A DNA stretch of 64,000 nucleotides from Camelus ferus (taxonomy: Eukaryota), in assembly GCF_009834535.1 (NCBI RefSeq), contig NC_045696.1, positions 120,840,001-120,904,000 of the forward strand, in the 5' to 3' direction. A program made the position numbers and the translations under genes. How positions within the stretch are numbered: the first letter of the stretch is position 1; each line of letters starts with the position of its first letter. The notes under the pieces are model-generated. The model saw only the letters and a program-made list of their open reading frames with translations, ran no database searches and was not told where the DNA came from. Positions 25,724 through 37,106 of this stretch are shown piece after piece.

Positions 25724-27265
25724 CTAGGGAAAAAGGGCCGAGGGCAGCGCTTCCAGAGACACCGATCACCCTGTGATTTCCCCGTATGTAAAACTTCAAA
25801 TTCCACAAGAAGGACTGGTTTAAATAACCACAATGCTTTCCTCTTGGCTCTTTACTACATTAATGACACTGCAAAAGCTTTTCAACATATGAACAAATGT
25901 TTATACTGAGATGCCTTTCCAACAACAATCTAACTTTTTTCAACCCCAAATTACTGATTTTTTTCCTTAAAAAATTCTCTCTTCCACTGATCTACAACCT
26001 GACCTTAAACACATCTGTATCTGAACTCTCCAAACTGTCAATTTCTCTGTGAAAAATACTAGTTACTGTTAGAAATAACATTCTCTTTACTGTTCTCTTG
26101 TGCTAAATTTCCTTAAAGAAATAGCCACGTGTTCAGAACATTTTTTAACTTTGGTTTCATGGGAGGAAAACAAGAGTATGACCCACAAAGCATGAGGCCA
26201 GTCGCTGACCCCCATCATGGCCAAGGATGGGGACCAGGAAGATGAGCAACCCCCCAGAACATCCGCGGGGACCCCGCTCTGAGCCGGACATGCCACCTGG
26301 GGCAGCTGGGAAGGAGGGAAAAGGAGGCCCACCTGTCACCCTGAGCCTGCCGGGGTGTGGGGTCCACACCCTTAACCTGCCCCTCCTGCTGGGCTGTCCC
26401 CTCCTGACCGCCGCTCTCCCACACAGGGTGTCCTGGAGTCTCCTGTGCTGCTTCCTCCTCTTAGGAACTCATTTTAAAGAGCAAAGGCCAGAGCAGTGCT
26501 ACCCAGGAGAACCCCCTGCAGTGACGGGACTGCCCCTTACCTGGGCGCCTGATATGGCGGCCTCGCACACTGGATGCGCAGCCCTTGTACCGGGAAGCTG
26601 GGTTTTAATTCACTTTAAACAGCCACGTGTGGCCAGCAGCTGTCACGTCAGCAGTGTGGTTCTGGAGTGTGACCACTACTACACCCACAGGTGAGACGCA
26701 GCGCAGGTGCGCTCACAGTCCTGTAACGAGCGCTGAAGCGCCCCAGTGCACCGACACTCTGCTGAAGGCGGAACTGCCTAACATCCGTTTCCCTAATAGA
26801 GAAGTTACAATTTCTACCACCACTACTTACATACTAATTGAAACTTATAGTGGAGGAAAGAGGGAAAACAGCAAGAATGTTTACTGTGATTGTGGGTCGG
26901 GGGAAGTCTCCCCGAGGGGCAGCTGTGCAGACATTCCCATTGGTGCGGCTGCTGCTCTGGAGACGGGGACACAAAGCCACCACAGGTGGCACAGGCACAC
27001 CCGGCAGACGGGAGCATGGGCACAGAGTGGGGGACGCGGCCTCACAGCCGAGCCCTCAGGGTCCAGCCCTCCGGCTCTGGCCGGCACCAGGAAGTGCTCA
27101 AGTTCCTCCTCGAGGAACGGGCGCTTACTCCGGTGCCTCCACTTGGAGGCTCTGACAGAACTGATGAAGTATAGTCTGAGGCCACCTTTCTGTCTGTCTG
27201 TTTAAACTTCTGACTGTACACAAGTAGCATGAGGAAACTCACCCCTGGGATCCCCGGACACCTAC

Positions 27266-27476
27266 CAGGGCCGCGGGCCACAGTGCGCAGGGGCCCCAGC
27301 AGCATCCCCAGCAGCAGGGCCTGGAGGTGATGCAGTCTCACCTTGGCCTCCGCCTGCTGCAACCAGTAGCAGCTGACAGCGATAGGCAACTTCAAGGAGG
27401 CGGGGACGGGGTCCAGGACAGCTGGCCTTACCTTCAGCGCTTCTAACAGGAGGGCCTGCCGGCTCGCCACTGAGAG
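27266..27476 (-). CDS. ASTE1: Asteroid homolog 1 exon (LSVASRQALLL...LRTVARGP)
   Basis: tttcag| acceptor, |gtaggt donor, 211 nt. Confidence 0.93.
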
Positions 27477-29439
27477 CTGAAATTGCACACCAGACAACTG
27501 CACGTTACTTTGGGACATGAAGAGGCTTTCATGTAAATGAAACTGCTGGGTCAGTTTATCTCCCTGTGGAAAAGCATCAGCCGCACCTGGAACACTGAGA
27601 ACCTAATAAGGTGCTTAATGAGCAAGGTGACAGGTCTCCTCCCTCTGCACAGCCCTGCTCGTCACAGCCCCATGAAGGCGGCTGCATCCCCAGCCTGCCG
27701 CTCCCTGGGCAGCTGGTTAAAACCAAGCCCCACCCCTGAAACTGACCCAGGAAACCTGAGGGGAGCCTGGAGTCCACACCACAACTATTAATCTGCTTTA
27801 AGAAACAAAAATCTGTACTCAGCCCCACCCTACTTGCCTGGGAGTACCTCGGCCCCACCTGCTCCACTGTCACTTCTGCTCACTGCGGAAGGCAGGCCTG
27901 GATGACAGCACCCTCTGCTGGGGTCACACGGCTTCTGTCTGTCCGGGTCCTGACTCACGCCCCCAATGAGTGTCTTACAGTCTGTTTTCTCCCACACAGG
28001 ACTGTCCTGGGTGGGATGCCCACTTCTAGTGAGGGGTGCATTCAAGGGAATGGGAGTGTTTAAGGACTGCCTGCACCATGCGTGTAACCCCCCTCCCCCG
28101 ATCTTTACTCTGTGCTCTACTGGGTGCGCCTCGGATACAAGGAACTACACAGCGAGGAGGGCCTCAGGCTGCCTGCCAACAGAAATAATCTTACCTTAAT
28201 GAATCTTAAGATTTAAGAACCATAAGGGACCTTACAGGTCTCACACTTACAGATAAGGGAAACTTACTGGGACTTCACAATCAAACTTCAAGAGGAAAAA
28301 AAGTTGTATTACTAGTGTCTGCACATAGCCAGAAAAGATTTCTTCCTTGACTTTCTGGGAAGATCAGTCTGGCATCTAACACCCAGTGAGTAAAAAAGTG
28401 TGTTGACAGCTGAAAACAGAGATCTTAACATGAAATGAAACATGTCATAACTGACAAAAGAGTTTCCTCATCAATGTGTGACAGCTTTAATACAATATTT
28501 ATAAGTGCTGGTTTTAAGAATTTAATATTGTGATAAAAATTTTAAAATTGGAAATATGTAGTTGCTTTCCAGTGACCCCATGGGAAGGAGCATTAAGTAC
28601 TTACAGTTAAATATACTCCTTATCATCTCAACTGGTAGAAAGACATACCAAACAAAGCTAGAAAATACACGAACTCCTCTCTGACATGTAAGCTTGAATT
28701 ACTGAACTCTCTAGCCAAGTTACAACCTTTATGAATCAAGCAGAGTGTGGCTTTGACCCCAGAGGCTCCCCCCCCCCCCCCCACCAAGCACTTGAGCAAG
28801 TTGCTGAGCTTCTGGACAGTTGGTCTGATCGCCTGTAAAATGGGCACGGGAGTGAGTCACACCACGTGCTCAAGAGACCCGCTGGTCCTGACAAGTCTGC
28901 AGAAGAAGCTGCCAGAGGCAGAGGTGCCAGGGAGAGGCTGGTCTTGGCACTGACTTCCCCTCGGACTGACCCACACGCACCTCTCCTCACAGTTAACCTC
29001 TCCTTGTTAACTTGAGTGGTGCCCTGTCCACGGCAACCAGGAGGACCGAGTAGAGACGCTACCCTGTGCGGTCACTGCGGAAATTTACACAGGAGCTGGT
29101 GTGGCGTTTCCATGACAACAGCGGCACTCAGCAGATACAGTAGCAGTATTACCACATGGTGCTAAGAAAGCACAGTGAACAGACACTATCGCAGAGTTTC
29201 TACGCTGGTACCTGCATAGCTTTGGACTCGATTTGCACCTGATACCATTCAGAATTATCACGGGCTAATCAGAGCTAACAAGACTGAGCTAAATACAGGA
29301 CCCACTGTGCTATCCCATGGACACCAGCCTCAGACCTCAGCACCTCTGAACTCAGGTGCGTGTCAGCCGCACGTGGCCAGGACAGTGGGTAGGCTACAGG
29401 TGGACTCAGCTAGACTTTCACATGAGGACAAAGTGTCCC

Positions 29440-30420
29440 AACCCCAGGTCACACTGTACACACAGAAAGTCACTTCTGGATAGACTGCACGTGGAAGGCA
29501 GAACATTTTCACGACCTTAGAGCAGGTAATAATTTAAGTAGGTCACAAAAATGATAACCATAAGTTCTAAAAACTTAGACCGTATTAAGAACTTCTGTTC
29601 ATCAAAACACGCAGAGTGAAAGGTCACCCCACAAAATGGGAGTGGCTACTCACAACGCGAATTATTTGACAAAGATCCTGTGTAAAGAAATAAAAACAAC
29701 AGAAAAGCGGGCAAAAGACATTGAACAGAAATTGAACAGACTATCCAGATGGCCAATAAACACAAGAAAAGGTGCTCAAATAAGTCATCAGAGAAATGCA
29801 AATTAATACCCACCAAATGGGCTAAAACTACACAACCATCAGGATAGCTAAAAAATTTTTTAAAGGATAGAAAATACCAAGTGTGGGCAAGGACGGAAAG
29901 TTAGAGGAACTCATCAGCTGCTGCTGGGAATAGTTATTGGTAAAACCACTTTGCAGGGCCACTGGGAACAGATCTTCCAAGCTGAACACTCGCGTACACT
30001 GTGCCCCAGCACCGCCACTGCGAGCGGTCTGTGCAGGAGGCGTGCCCACGTCCTCACGACAGCACGTGCACCGCAGTCTGCTGGCACAACTCATGACTGC
30101 CCACCTGCAAACCCACACACGCCCTGGAGAACCCGACTATGGCGAATCTCCACAAAGCAGAAACAATACTCAACCACTCCTGGGGTGCAAATGGATCTCA
30201 CCAATATCATGCTGAATCAATGAAACCAGACGAAGAACTCACGATGCATGTAAGGCGTGAAAGCAGCAGTCGGACTATTCAGCAGTCAGAGATCAGGACA
30301 GGGACCACAAGGGGCACGGGGCGGCAGGGCCTGGGACCAGACACTGAGCTACACTGGCTCTGGAGGGCTGTGACCTATGAGCAGGCTGTCACTTGTGGGG
30401 CCTCAGAAGCCATGTCTATG
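29440..30420 (+). mobile_element. Old L1 (L1M-type) 3' region, strongly GC-shifted in part
   Basis: ATGGCCAATAAACACAAGAAAAGGTGCTCAA and AGAGAAATGCAAATTAA are L1 ORF2 3' hallmarks. Confidence 0.7.
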
Positions 30421-30704
30421 AAGCTGTTACAAGAAAGAAGGGCTCCTGTGTGGAAGGAGGCCAGTAAAACCTTTTCTTTCTTTGAGATCTCATTCCTGTG
30501 TCATAAGATTCACTTTTTAAGTGGCTTCAGTTTGTTTACAGCTTGTGCCCCACCACTAATCCCGAATGTTTCACCACCCCGGTTCCCACCAGTGGTCACA
30601 CCCCCTGCCCAGGAGGCTTGAGGACCTGTCCCACGTGAACCATATTCCTCCTGCCTGACCATCACCAATGTGGAGGCTAGACAGGCTGGTTCCCAGTCGA
30701 CTGT

Positions 30705-30905
30705 GCAGGCCAGGAGCTGGCTACCGACATTCTGGGCTGGGTAATTCCTTGCTATGGGGCTGTACTGCACCTGGTAAGATATTCAGGGCACACTTGCCCT
30801 CTCCCCACCAGACACCAGTAGCAACCACGCCCCTTCCCCAAATTGCCAAGTACTGCCAATCCAAAGTGTCCCTGGGGGGTAAAAACCACCCCCGTGGAGA
30901 ACTGA
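30705..30905. mobile_element. MER20-like DNA transposon
   Basis: CCAGTAGCA...GTGTCCCTGGGGGGTAAAAACCACCCCCGTGGAGAAC resembles the MER20 end. Confidence 0.65.
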
Positions 30906-31549
30906 TGGTCACACTGCCGTAAGGACTCCCGTGGGGACGCTGTGCTGCGGCCCCACTTCCCTGAGCAGGCTGGCACCACCAGTAACCTGGGAGAGCCTCA
31001 CGGGTCTCAATATCGAGTCAGATCCAAGAACAGGCATCCCAGCTGGTACCCTGAGTTTACCTACATTTAATTCCTAAATTTAATTGTGTTCGCAAAAGCA
31101 GCTTCATAGTTATTTGTAATTGTTAACATATTTATGTACTATTACAAAAAAAAAAAAAGTACACTGGGATCTGTGAGAATTTCTTTTACCCTGAAAAGGG
31201 GACTGGTCTGTTGCTCAGGTTTAAACAATACTGAGTCAGTTTAAGTCATGTTTTCAGTATCGAACTAAGCAAATCATCGTGATGCCATAACCTCAAGCCT
31301 GGAAAAAAAAGGCCCTCGCCAATGAAAATAAAAAATTAGACCTAAGCATTGGTACTGATCTTGCTAATTGAAATTTGACGCAGCCTGGGATGTTAGTTAT
31401 GCCTCTGATCTAAGCCTAAAAGCATGCTTTTTTCCCCCTCTGCAGCTCAGAAATTTTTCCTTTTCTTTTTTTTTAGCCACTAACCCCATTCCATTGATGG
31501 CTCGTTATCAGCAGAGGAGTAATAACTGCAGAGACAAAGCATCCTATGG

Positions 31550-31760
31550 AAGCACAGTGGGAAAGGCAGATTTGGAGCTACAAGCTCGAGGTCTGAGTCC
31601 AAGCACTGACAACTCCCTGGTGGAGGACTACAGTTGCCTACTTTGAGTCTTAGCTTTCTCAGCTGTGAAATGGGGCAACAGAGCGACCAACTTCAGTTCG
31701 TTCTATTAGAAGAGATAGTATACAGAAAGTCGCTTTATAACCTGTGAAGTGCTCTACAAA
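31550..31760 (+). mobile_element. MIR SINE remnant
   Basis: TCTTAGCTTTCTCAGCTGTGAAATGGGG MIR core and GTGAAGTGCT tail. Confidence 0.55.
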
Positions 31761-31785
31761 AACTGTTGGTATTGCGAACACTTAC

Positions 31786-33090
31786 CTCGGTCAATCTGCT
31801 TAAGTCACAATGATCCTTGGGCAGTTCTACTGCAGCAACAATTGATGTTTTGATGTTTTTATGAAACCTCTCCACCTCCCTGAAAGCCAGAGGCTGAGGA
31901 GGCGGGGCGTTCCCAGACGTGTTTTCCAGACGGGGGGAAGCATTCGCCAGAAGCCCATAGATGACCTGCCGGATGGGCAGAGAGACTCTGTGGGCGTTTG
32001 GTCGCTGCATGTTTTCCACCTGTGTGTGCAGAATGGTCCGTCTCAGCACCAAAGCATCGCTGATGAAGGGGGACAGCTGGCCTCTGGCCAAGGCCGCTAG
32101 CACCCACTGCGGGAGACCCAGACCGCAGGCGTCCGGGCAGGAGTAGGCACCATGCTGGAAGAAGTCCTGCAGCTTCACCTGGGACTGCAGGTACTCCTCC
32201 ATGGAGCAGCACAGGAGCTCCCTGACATCTCCTCGACTCTTCTTGGGGAGCTGTTTCAGAACCTGGTTGAGTGCTTCGGCAGGGCCAGCAAAGTGAGACA
32301 ACCAGTTCAGCAGTCCCAGCACCCGGTGGTGTCTCCTCCCCTTAGAACCGGCAGCTCCAGGGGGAAGGCGTACTTTACTGAGGAATGTCTCCACGACAGG
32401 CAGGTTAACGTGGTCATTTCCACACAGCACTGCCAAGAGAGGTAGCAGAGCTTTATTCATGTTGCTGAAGTGACGGCAGAGTGCATCGAGTGAAAAGCAC
32501 TTGGCAGGGATGTAGCGGTCTCTGGTGCCCTTAATTGTGCTCACGTTTCTCCACTGAAAGCTGTTCAATGGGCAGAACCCACCTTTCAGGTCAAAAATGC
32601 AAAAGTCACTATCCGACGACAACACGGGGCAGTTCCAGTGATTAGCCAGAGTCATAATGTCCCGGTCTGCTTCTGAAAAGCACTGGACGAAAGGCACCTG
32701 CAGCCTGTTCAGAACCTGGATGAATACTTCCCGGATGAGCAAGGGACACACATACCCACCGCTGCCCACAGAGAGTGAGTGGGCCATTTGGATCTTCTCT
32801 CTAGCACGATCCTTTAACGTTGTTAGCTTTTTATCTGAAATATCACATCCTCCATCTAACACAACATAGGGACAGATCTTACATGCAAATAGTGATTCAA
32901 AGAATTTTTGTACAACATCTGCAAAAGAATCATAGTCCCCTCCATACTGGAGATCCAAGTCTGAATTGAAACAAAGCCGGTGGAAGAGGGCATAGCCATC
33001 AATGATAATTTTTGTGTCTCGCAACTTCAAATCGGTGAAGAACTCATTACTGTGATCTTCCACAAAACTCATTAGTCCTCGGATACCCAT
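31786..33090 (-). CDS. ASTE1: Asteroid homolog 1, first coding exon (XPG/FEN1-like PIN nuclease domain); full CDS 2037 nt, 678 aa
   Basis: ATG at 33090 (MGIRGLMSFVEDH); acidic motifs IIDG, VLDGG, EAD, SSDSDF and LCGND are intact; donor GAG|gtaagt at 31785; the four exons sum in frame. Confidence 0.97.
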
Positions 33091-34058
33091 GATTGTCTGA
33101 AAAATTGCCTGTTTTAAACAGAACACACTTTCAGTCTATGTCGGTTACAGGGGACCACGTCAGTTTCCAGTAGCATCAAATCAACAGCCAATGTTATGAA
33201 GAGTTCTTTACACATAACATATTTGGAGTCAGAGTCTCAGTTCTTACCTAGATTCTCAGGCAACCCCAGCTGGCTGAGAGCTTTTTCATTCTCTCTTGCT
33301 TTTCCCATATGTTATAAGGCACAAACTCAGTGGTTTCGTGGAGTCCGATCTTTGGACAGGGAGGGAGGCTGCTGCTGATTCAAAAGGAAAATCAGTTAAA
33401 GCGCATTACTGACACACTAATAATAGAACATCTGCAGACTTTGATACTGAGACAGTCACCGCCCTACAACACAGCGTGTGGGGTCAAGGTAAAAGGTCCT
33501 AAGCTATAAAAGTGATATTCTCAATCCCACAAGTAATATATTGAAAAGTACTGGGCTTCAGTTAACTAAAGTGTTTAGGGTCAATAATATAGATCCAGTT
33601 TTCTATGTTGATAATCAGAGCCTAAGAGTTTCTTTCAGGCCTTGGCTTGTGGGCCCGTCTTAATTAGAATAGTTTTGAGGAAGGAAAACTACTCATGGAA
33701 ACTACTGATGCAAGCCTCCAGGAACTTGACTCTCCAGTTTCACTCCAACTAGCGGCTCTTTTCATCTTCTTGCTTTGCATATTCAGCCCAGTTACGTAAA
33801 TATCCTTCCCCATCTGGCTAACTTAAGTCTCAGGATCAGTATTACTAGTTTCTCCTTTGGCCTCAGGCTAACCCTGGCACTGTTATTGATCCTGTGTATA
33901 AACCTGTGAGACGGTTAAGCATGGGGGGTTTTGGCAATAAAATTGATTTTGAGAGATACTGCATAAGTATTCATCTATCTTGATTACAGAGTGTGGGGAT
34001 TCCCCGTGCACTGCCTGCCTCACTTCGCCCCAGTCTCGGCCGTATCTCAGCACCTTAC

Positions 34059-34167
34059 CCTGGGTAGTACCCATTCCTCCGTGAGACTGTCTCGTAAAGC
34101 AAATGCGGGCAGGGACTGCGGCAACTCATCCTAAGACGACTGCAGGACCCTGGAGAGTAGATTCGGG
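34059..34167 (-). other. ASTE1: Candidate non-coding 5' UTR exon of ASTE1
   Basis: Pyrimidine tract plus tag acceptor (cccttctcctgtctag|) and AGG|gtaagg donor on the minus strand. Confidence 0.4.
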
Positions 34168-34199
34168 CTAGACAGGAGAAGGGCGCACAAAAGCTTTGA

Positions 34200-35400
34200 T
34201 CCGTGTCGTCGAGCACAGCTCTCAGACACCACCCCTCTCGGACGCGCAGCGGCAGAGCCCACCTGCTTCGTCCTTCCAGGGGACCAGCACCTCCATCACA
34301 AGACCGCAGGAGCCGGTAGAGCCCTGGAAACCCTGACACGTGAGTCCAACCCCCAAACCGGAAGCGGAAGTCTCCGCGTATGACATTATCACGGGGGAGC
34401 CCCGTTCCGGAAGCCGGCGGCGCCGCTGGCGCAGAGAGTTAGGTGCCCTCGGGCCTAGCACGACGTTGCTCAGGAAGGCTGGGAAGCACGCTCTGGAACG
34501 CCTGCTATCAGGTTGCGGCGTCTCAGCCCACCGGGCCAGCCCCCTTTCCCCGCCCACCTGGGGTCGGCGTACACTTCCGCCTTGATGAACCACTCGGGGC
34601 CACCGCCCTCGACTTCCCGGCACGCCCCGCGCCATCTCCCTGGCAGCGGCGCCCTACTTCCCTGCACACCCCGCGCCGTCTCCCTGGCAACGGCGTCCGG
34701 CAGCCGCGCGCGACTTCCCGGCACACGCCGCGCCGTCTCCCTGGCAACAGCGCACTGCAGCCGGGACGCGCGGTGGTCGCGAGTTCGGCCAGCGCTACTT
34801 CCCCGACGTGAGGCGGCTGCTCGTGCGTCCCGGGTAAGGGCGGGACCCTCCAGCCGCGAAGGTACGCGAAGGCTCTGCGGTTCCCGCCCCTCCTAGCTGC
34901 CCTGGGCTGCTCACCTGCCGGGTCTGCCTGGTCCCCGAGGGTGTGTGGCCGGTGCCTCCTCAAAGTGTTCAGCTTAAAAAAATTGAGGGAAGTTTTACCT
35001 GAGGCTCGTTTTACCTGAAGTTAAGGTTTACGTTGCTTCAGCCGAGTCGTGACAGACCCGCTGCCCTCGTCCGTGATTCCCGGGGAGACCGCGTCCGCGC
35101 GCACCTCTGGTGCCCCCGCCCCGTCTCAGGTCAGCCTACGCGTCCCTCGCCTCTCCGCCCCCACGGCGCCCGGGGTCCTCGCCGGCAGCCGCAGGCGTGC
35201 TCCCCGCGCTCCGGCCCCTCGTCAGGGGCGCTGGTCGCGCACACGGGACCCAGGGAGGGCTGGGGGGCGGCGGGGCCGCGACCGGGGTCTGGGCCCTGGA
35301 ACCTGGTCCGACCTGCTCCGCCGCTCATCCGGACTCGTGTGTGGACCGGCGCCCCGGGAAACGGGGCTCCTCGGAACCGTCTGACCCTTTACCTGGTCCC
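34200..35400. promoter_or_regulatory. CpG island, bidirectional promoter of ASTE1 (-) and NEK11 (+)
   Basis: Dense CpG between head-to-head genes; tandem ETS/GABP site CCGGAAGCGGAAGT at 34358-34371; E-box CACGTG at 34337-34342; RFX X-boxes; plus-strand donor CGG|gtaagg at 34834 (likely end of NEK11 exon 1). Confidence 0.9.
34611..34768. repeat. Three imperfect tandem copies (44-57 bp period) of an ACTTCCC-GGCAC...GTCTCCCTGGCAAC unit
   Basis: Units start at 34611, 34655 and 34712. Confidence 0.85.
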
Positions 35401-36936
35401 AGCAATAAGGGCCCTCTTCAGTGGAAAGGCTGTGAGCCCACACACTTTAATTAACAGCTAACTTTCATGCAAGCAGAGGACACCGACAGAAGATGCATGT
35501 TGGGCCCTGCTTTCCGTTTCGCTAGTATTTTCTGTGATCTTGATAATCCCACTAATTCAGGGTTTTGAGATAGGGGTCCCAGCTCCCCGAAGTTCCAGCC
35601 CGATGCTAGGGTTTTAGTGTTGTCACTAACACCCAGCCACTCGGGTGACATGGTTCCTCCCTCCCTCCCTCCCTCAGCTGATTACTCATTTTCTTCTCTC
35701 TGGAGGAGAGAAACTTAACTGATTAATACACTATTTCAAGAAGGGAGGGGCTGCCAATGGACATTTCCTTGTTTATGTTCTATTCTGAGGATGTTTGTAA
35801 TTGCCACCACAGTGATGAAGCCCTTGGCCATGTACTCCAAACGACACAGATAACAGCTTGTTTCCCCATTTTACACAGTAGGTTTTGTCTTCTGGTTTTG
35901 GAGTTGTTGAATATGGAAACGTGAATCCAAGCCACTGGCAGTCTTCAGTTTAAAATGTTTCTTCTAGATTTGAAACAAAACCCACTTCGTGATTACTAAA
36001 AAAAAAAAATTACATTTTGATGAAATAAAAGTGACTTTACAATGAACATACTTATATGAAACAGCCTTGCTTTTCATAGTTCTGCTGTACATTTATAGCT
36101 TCTTAAGGAATTATAGACTTACCTTTAACACATGTATATTCAGCTAACATTAAAATGCAGTTTCAAATTTGAACTGTACTTGTGACACCTCTTCTTCCTA
36201 ATCCAGGGAGATTACTCCAAACATAGTGTGTATAATAAAAAATTCAGAAACTGCATCAGAATTTGCTTAAGATAGGGGAGAAATTCAGTTTGAATCCATA
36301 TGCCTCTTCGTGCCTATTCTAATAAATGAAAATGTCATGGTTTAAAAGCCTACAGAAAAAAAAAAGAAACCAGCATTATACTAATTCCCGGTTTAATCCT
36401 AACTCAACATTTTAATCAAAATAGACATAAGGTGGGAAGAAAGAATTACATAAAGGTTGATGCAAATGTATAGATTTTAGGAAATTATAAAGTTCTTATA
36501 TTTGGATTTTTTTTTAAATAGGCAGGGAGTATAAATCTTCAATAGATTATTGATTGGAAAACATATATACATCTCAGAATTTAGGAGAAATTTGACTGTT
36601 AATTCAGTTCTGCTAAGTTTAGATGTATGAGGGAAGGCTCTCTTTCTGTAAGAAAGACCGCCTTCTATTGGTAGTATGTCTTATCTTTTAACATTTTTCT
36701 CAAGTTGTTAAAGTGAACCAGGACAGGGTCATTCAATCCACTAATCAAGGTACAGGTATCACTATCAAAAACTTAAACTTTTTGCTGGGAGTAGTTCAGC
36801 GTGGTTAGACCTGATCTCTGACCTTTTCATCTTTAAGGCATTGACTGTTGCTACTTGGATGAATTTGACCATCTCCCAGGAGACTTGAATGTTCAGTTTC
36901 TATAAACAAATAAACAGCTCTCTCTTGCTTGGAGCA

Positions 36937-37106
36937 ATGCTGAAATTCCAGGAGGCTGCCAAATGTATGAGGGGATCAGTAGCTGTTTCCACGTGCCCGG
37001 AGCCCCTGATTGCGAGAAGATATGTGCTTCTACAGAAACTTGGCAGCGGAAGTTTTGGAACTGTCTTTCTGGTTTCAGACAAGAAAGCCAAACAAGGAGA
37101 GGAATT
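36937..37106 (+). CDS. NEK11: NIMA-related kinase 11, first coding exon (MLKFQEAAKC...QKLGSGSFGTVFLVSDKKAKQGEE)
   Basis: Kinase glycine-rich loop GSGSFG, |gtaagt donor, 170 coding nt; probable acceptor at 36837/36838; conserved synteny with ASTE1. Confidence 0.95.

Noticed and set aside
26227..27205. 155-192 aa plus-strand ORFs antisense to ASTE1
   Set aside because: GC-rich intronic sequence with low-information translations and no homology I can recognise
31735..33126. 463-aa ORF taken as a single-exon protein
   Set aside because: The true start is ATG 33090, and the last 16 codons are intron read-through past the donor at 31785
34611..34768. CRISPR-like repeat-spacer appearance
   Set aside because: Eukaryotic promoter, only three degenerate adjacent units, no unique spacers and no cas genes
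34222..35461. Many overlapping Arg/Pro/Gly-rich ORFs
   Set aside because: Expected from stop-codon scarcity in a CpG island; no recognisable domain
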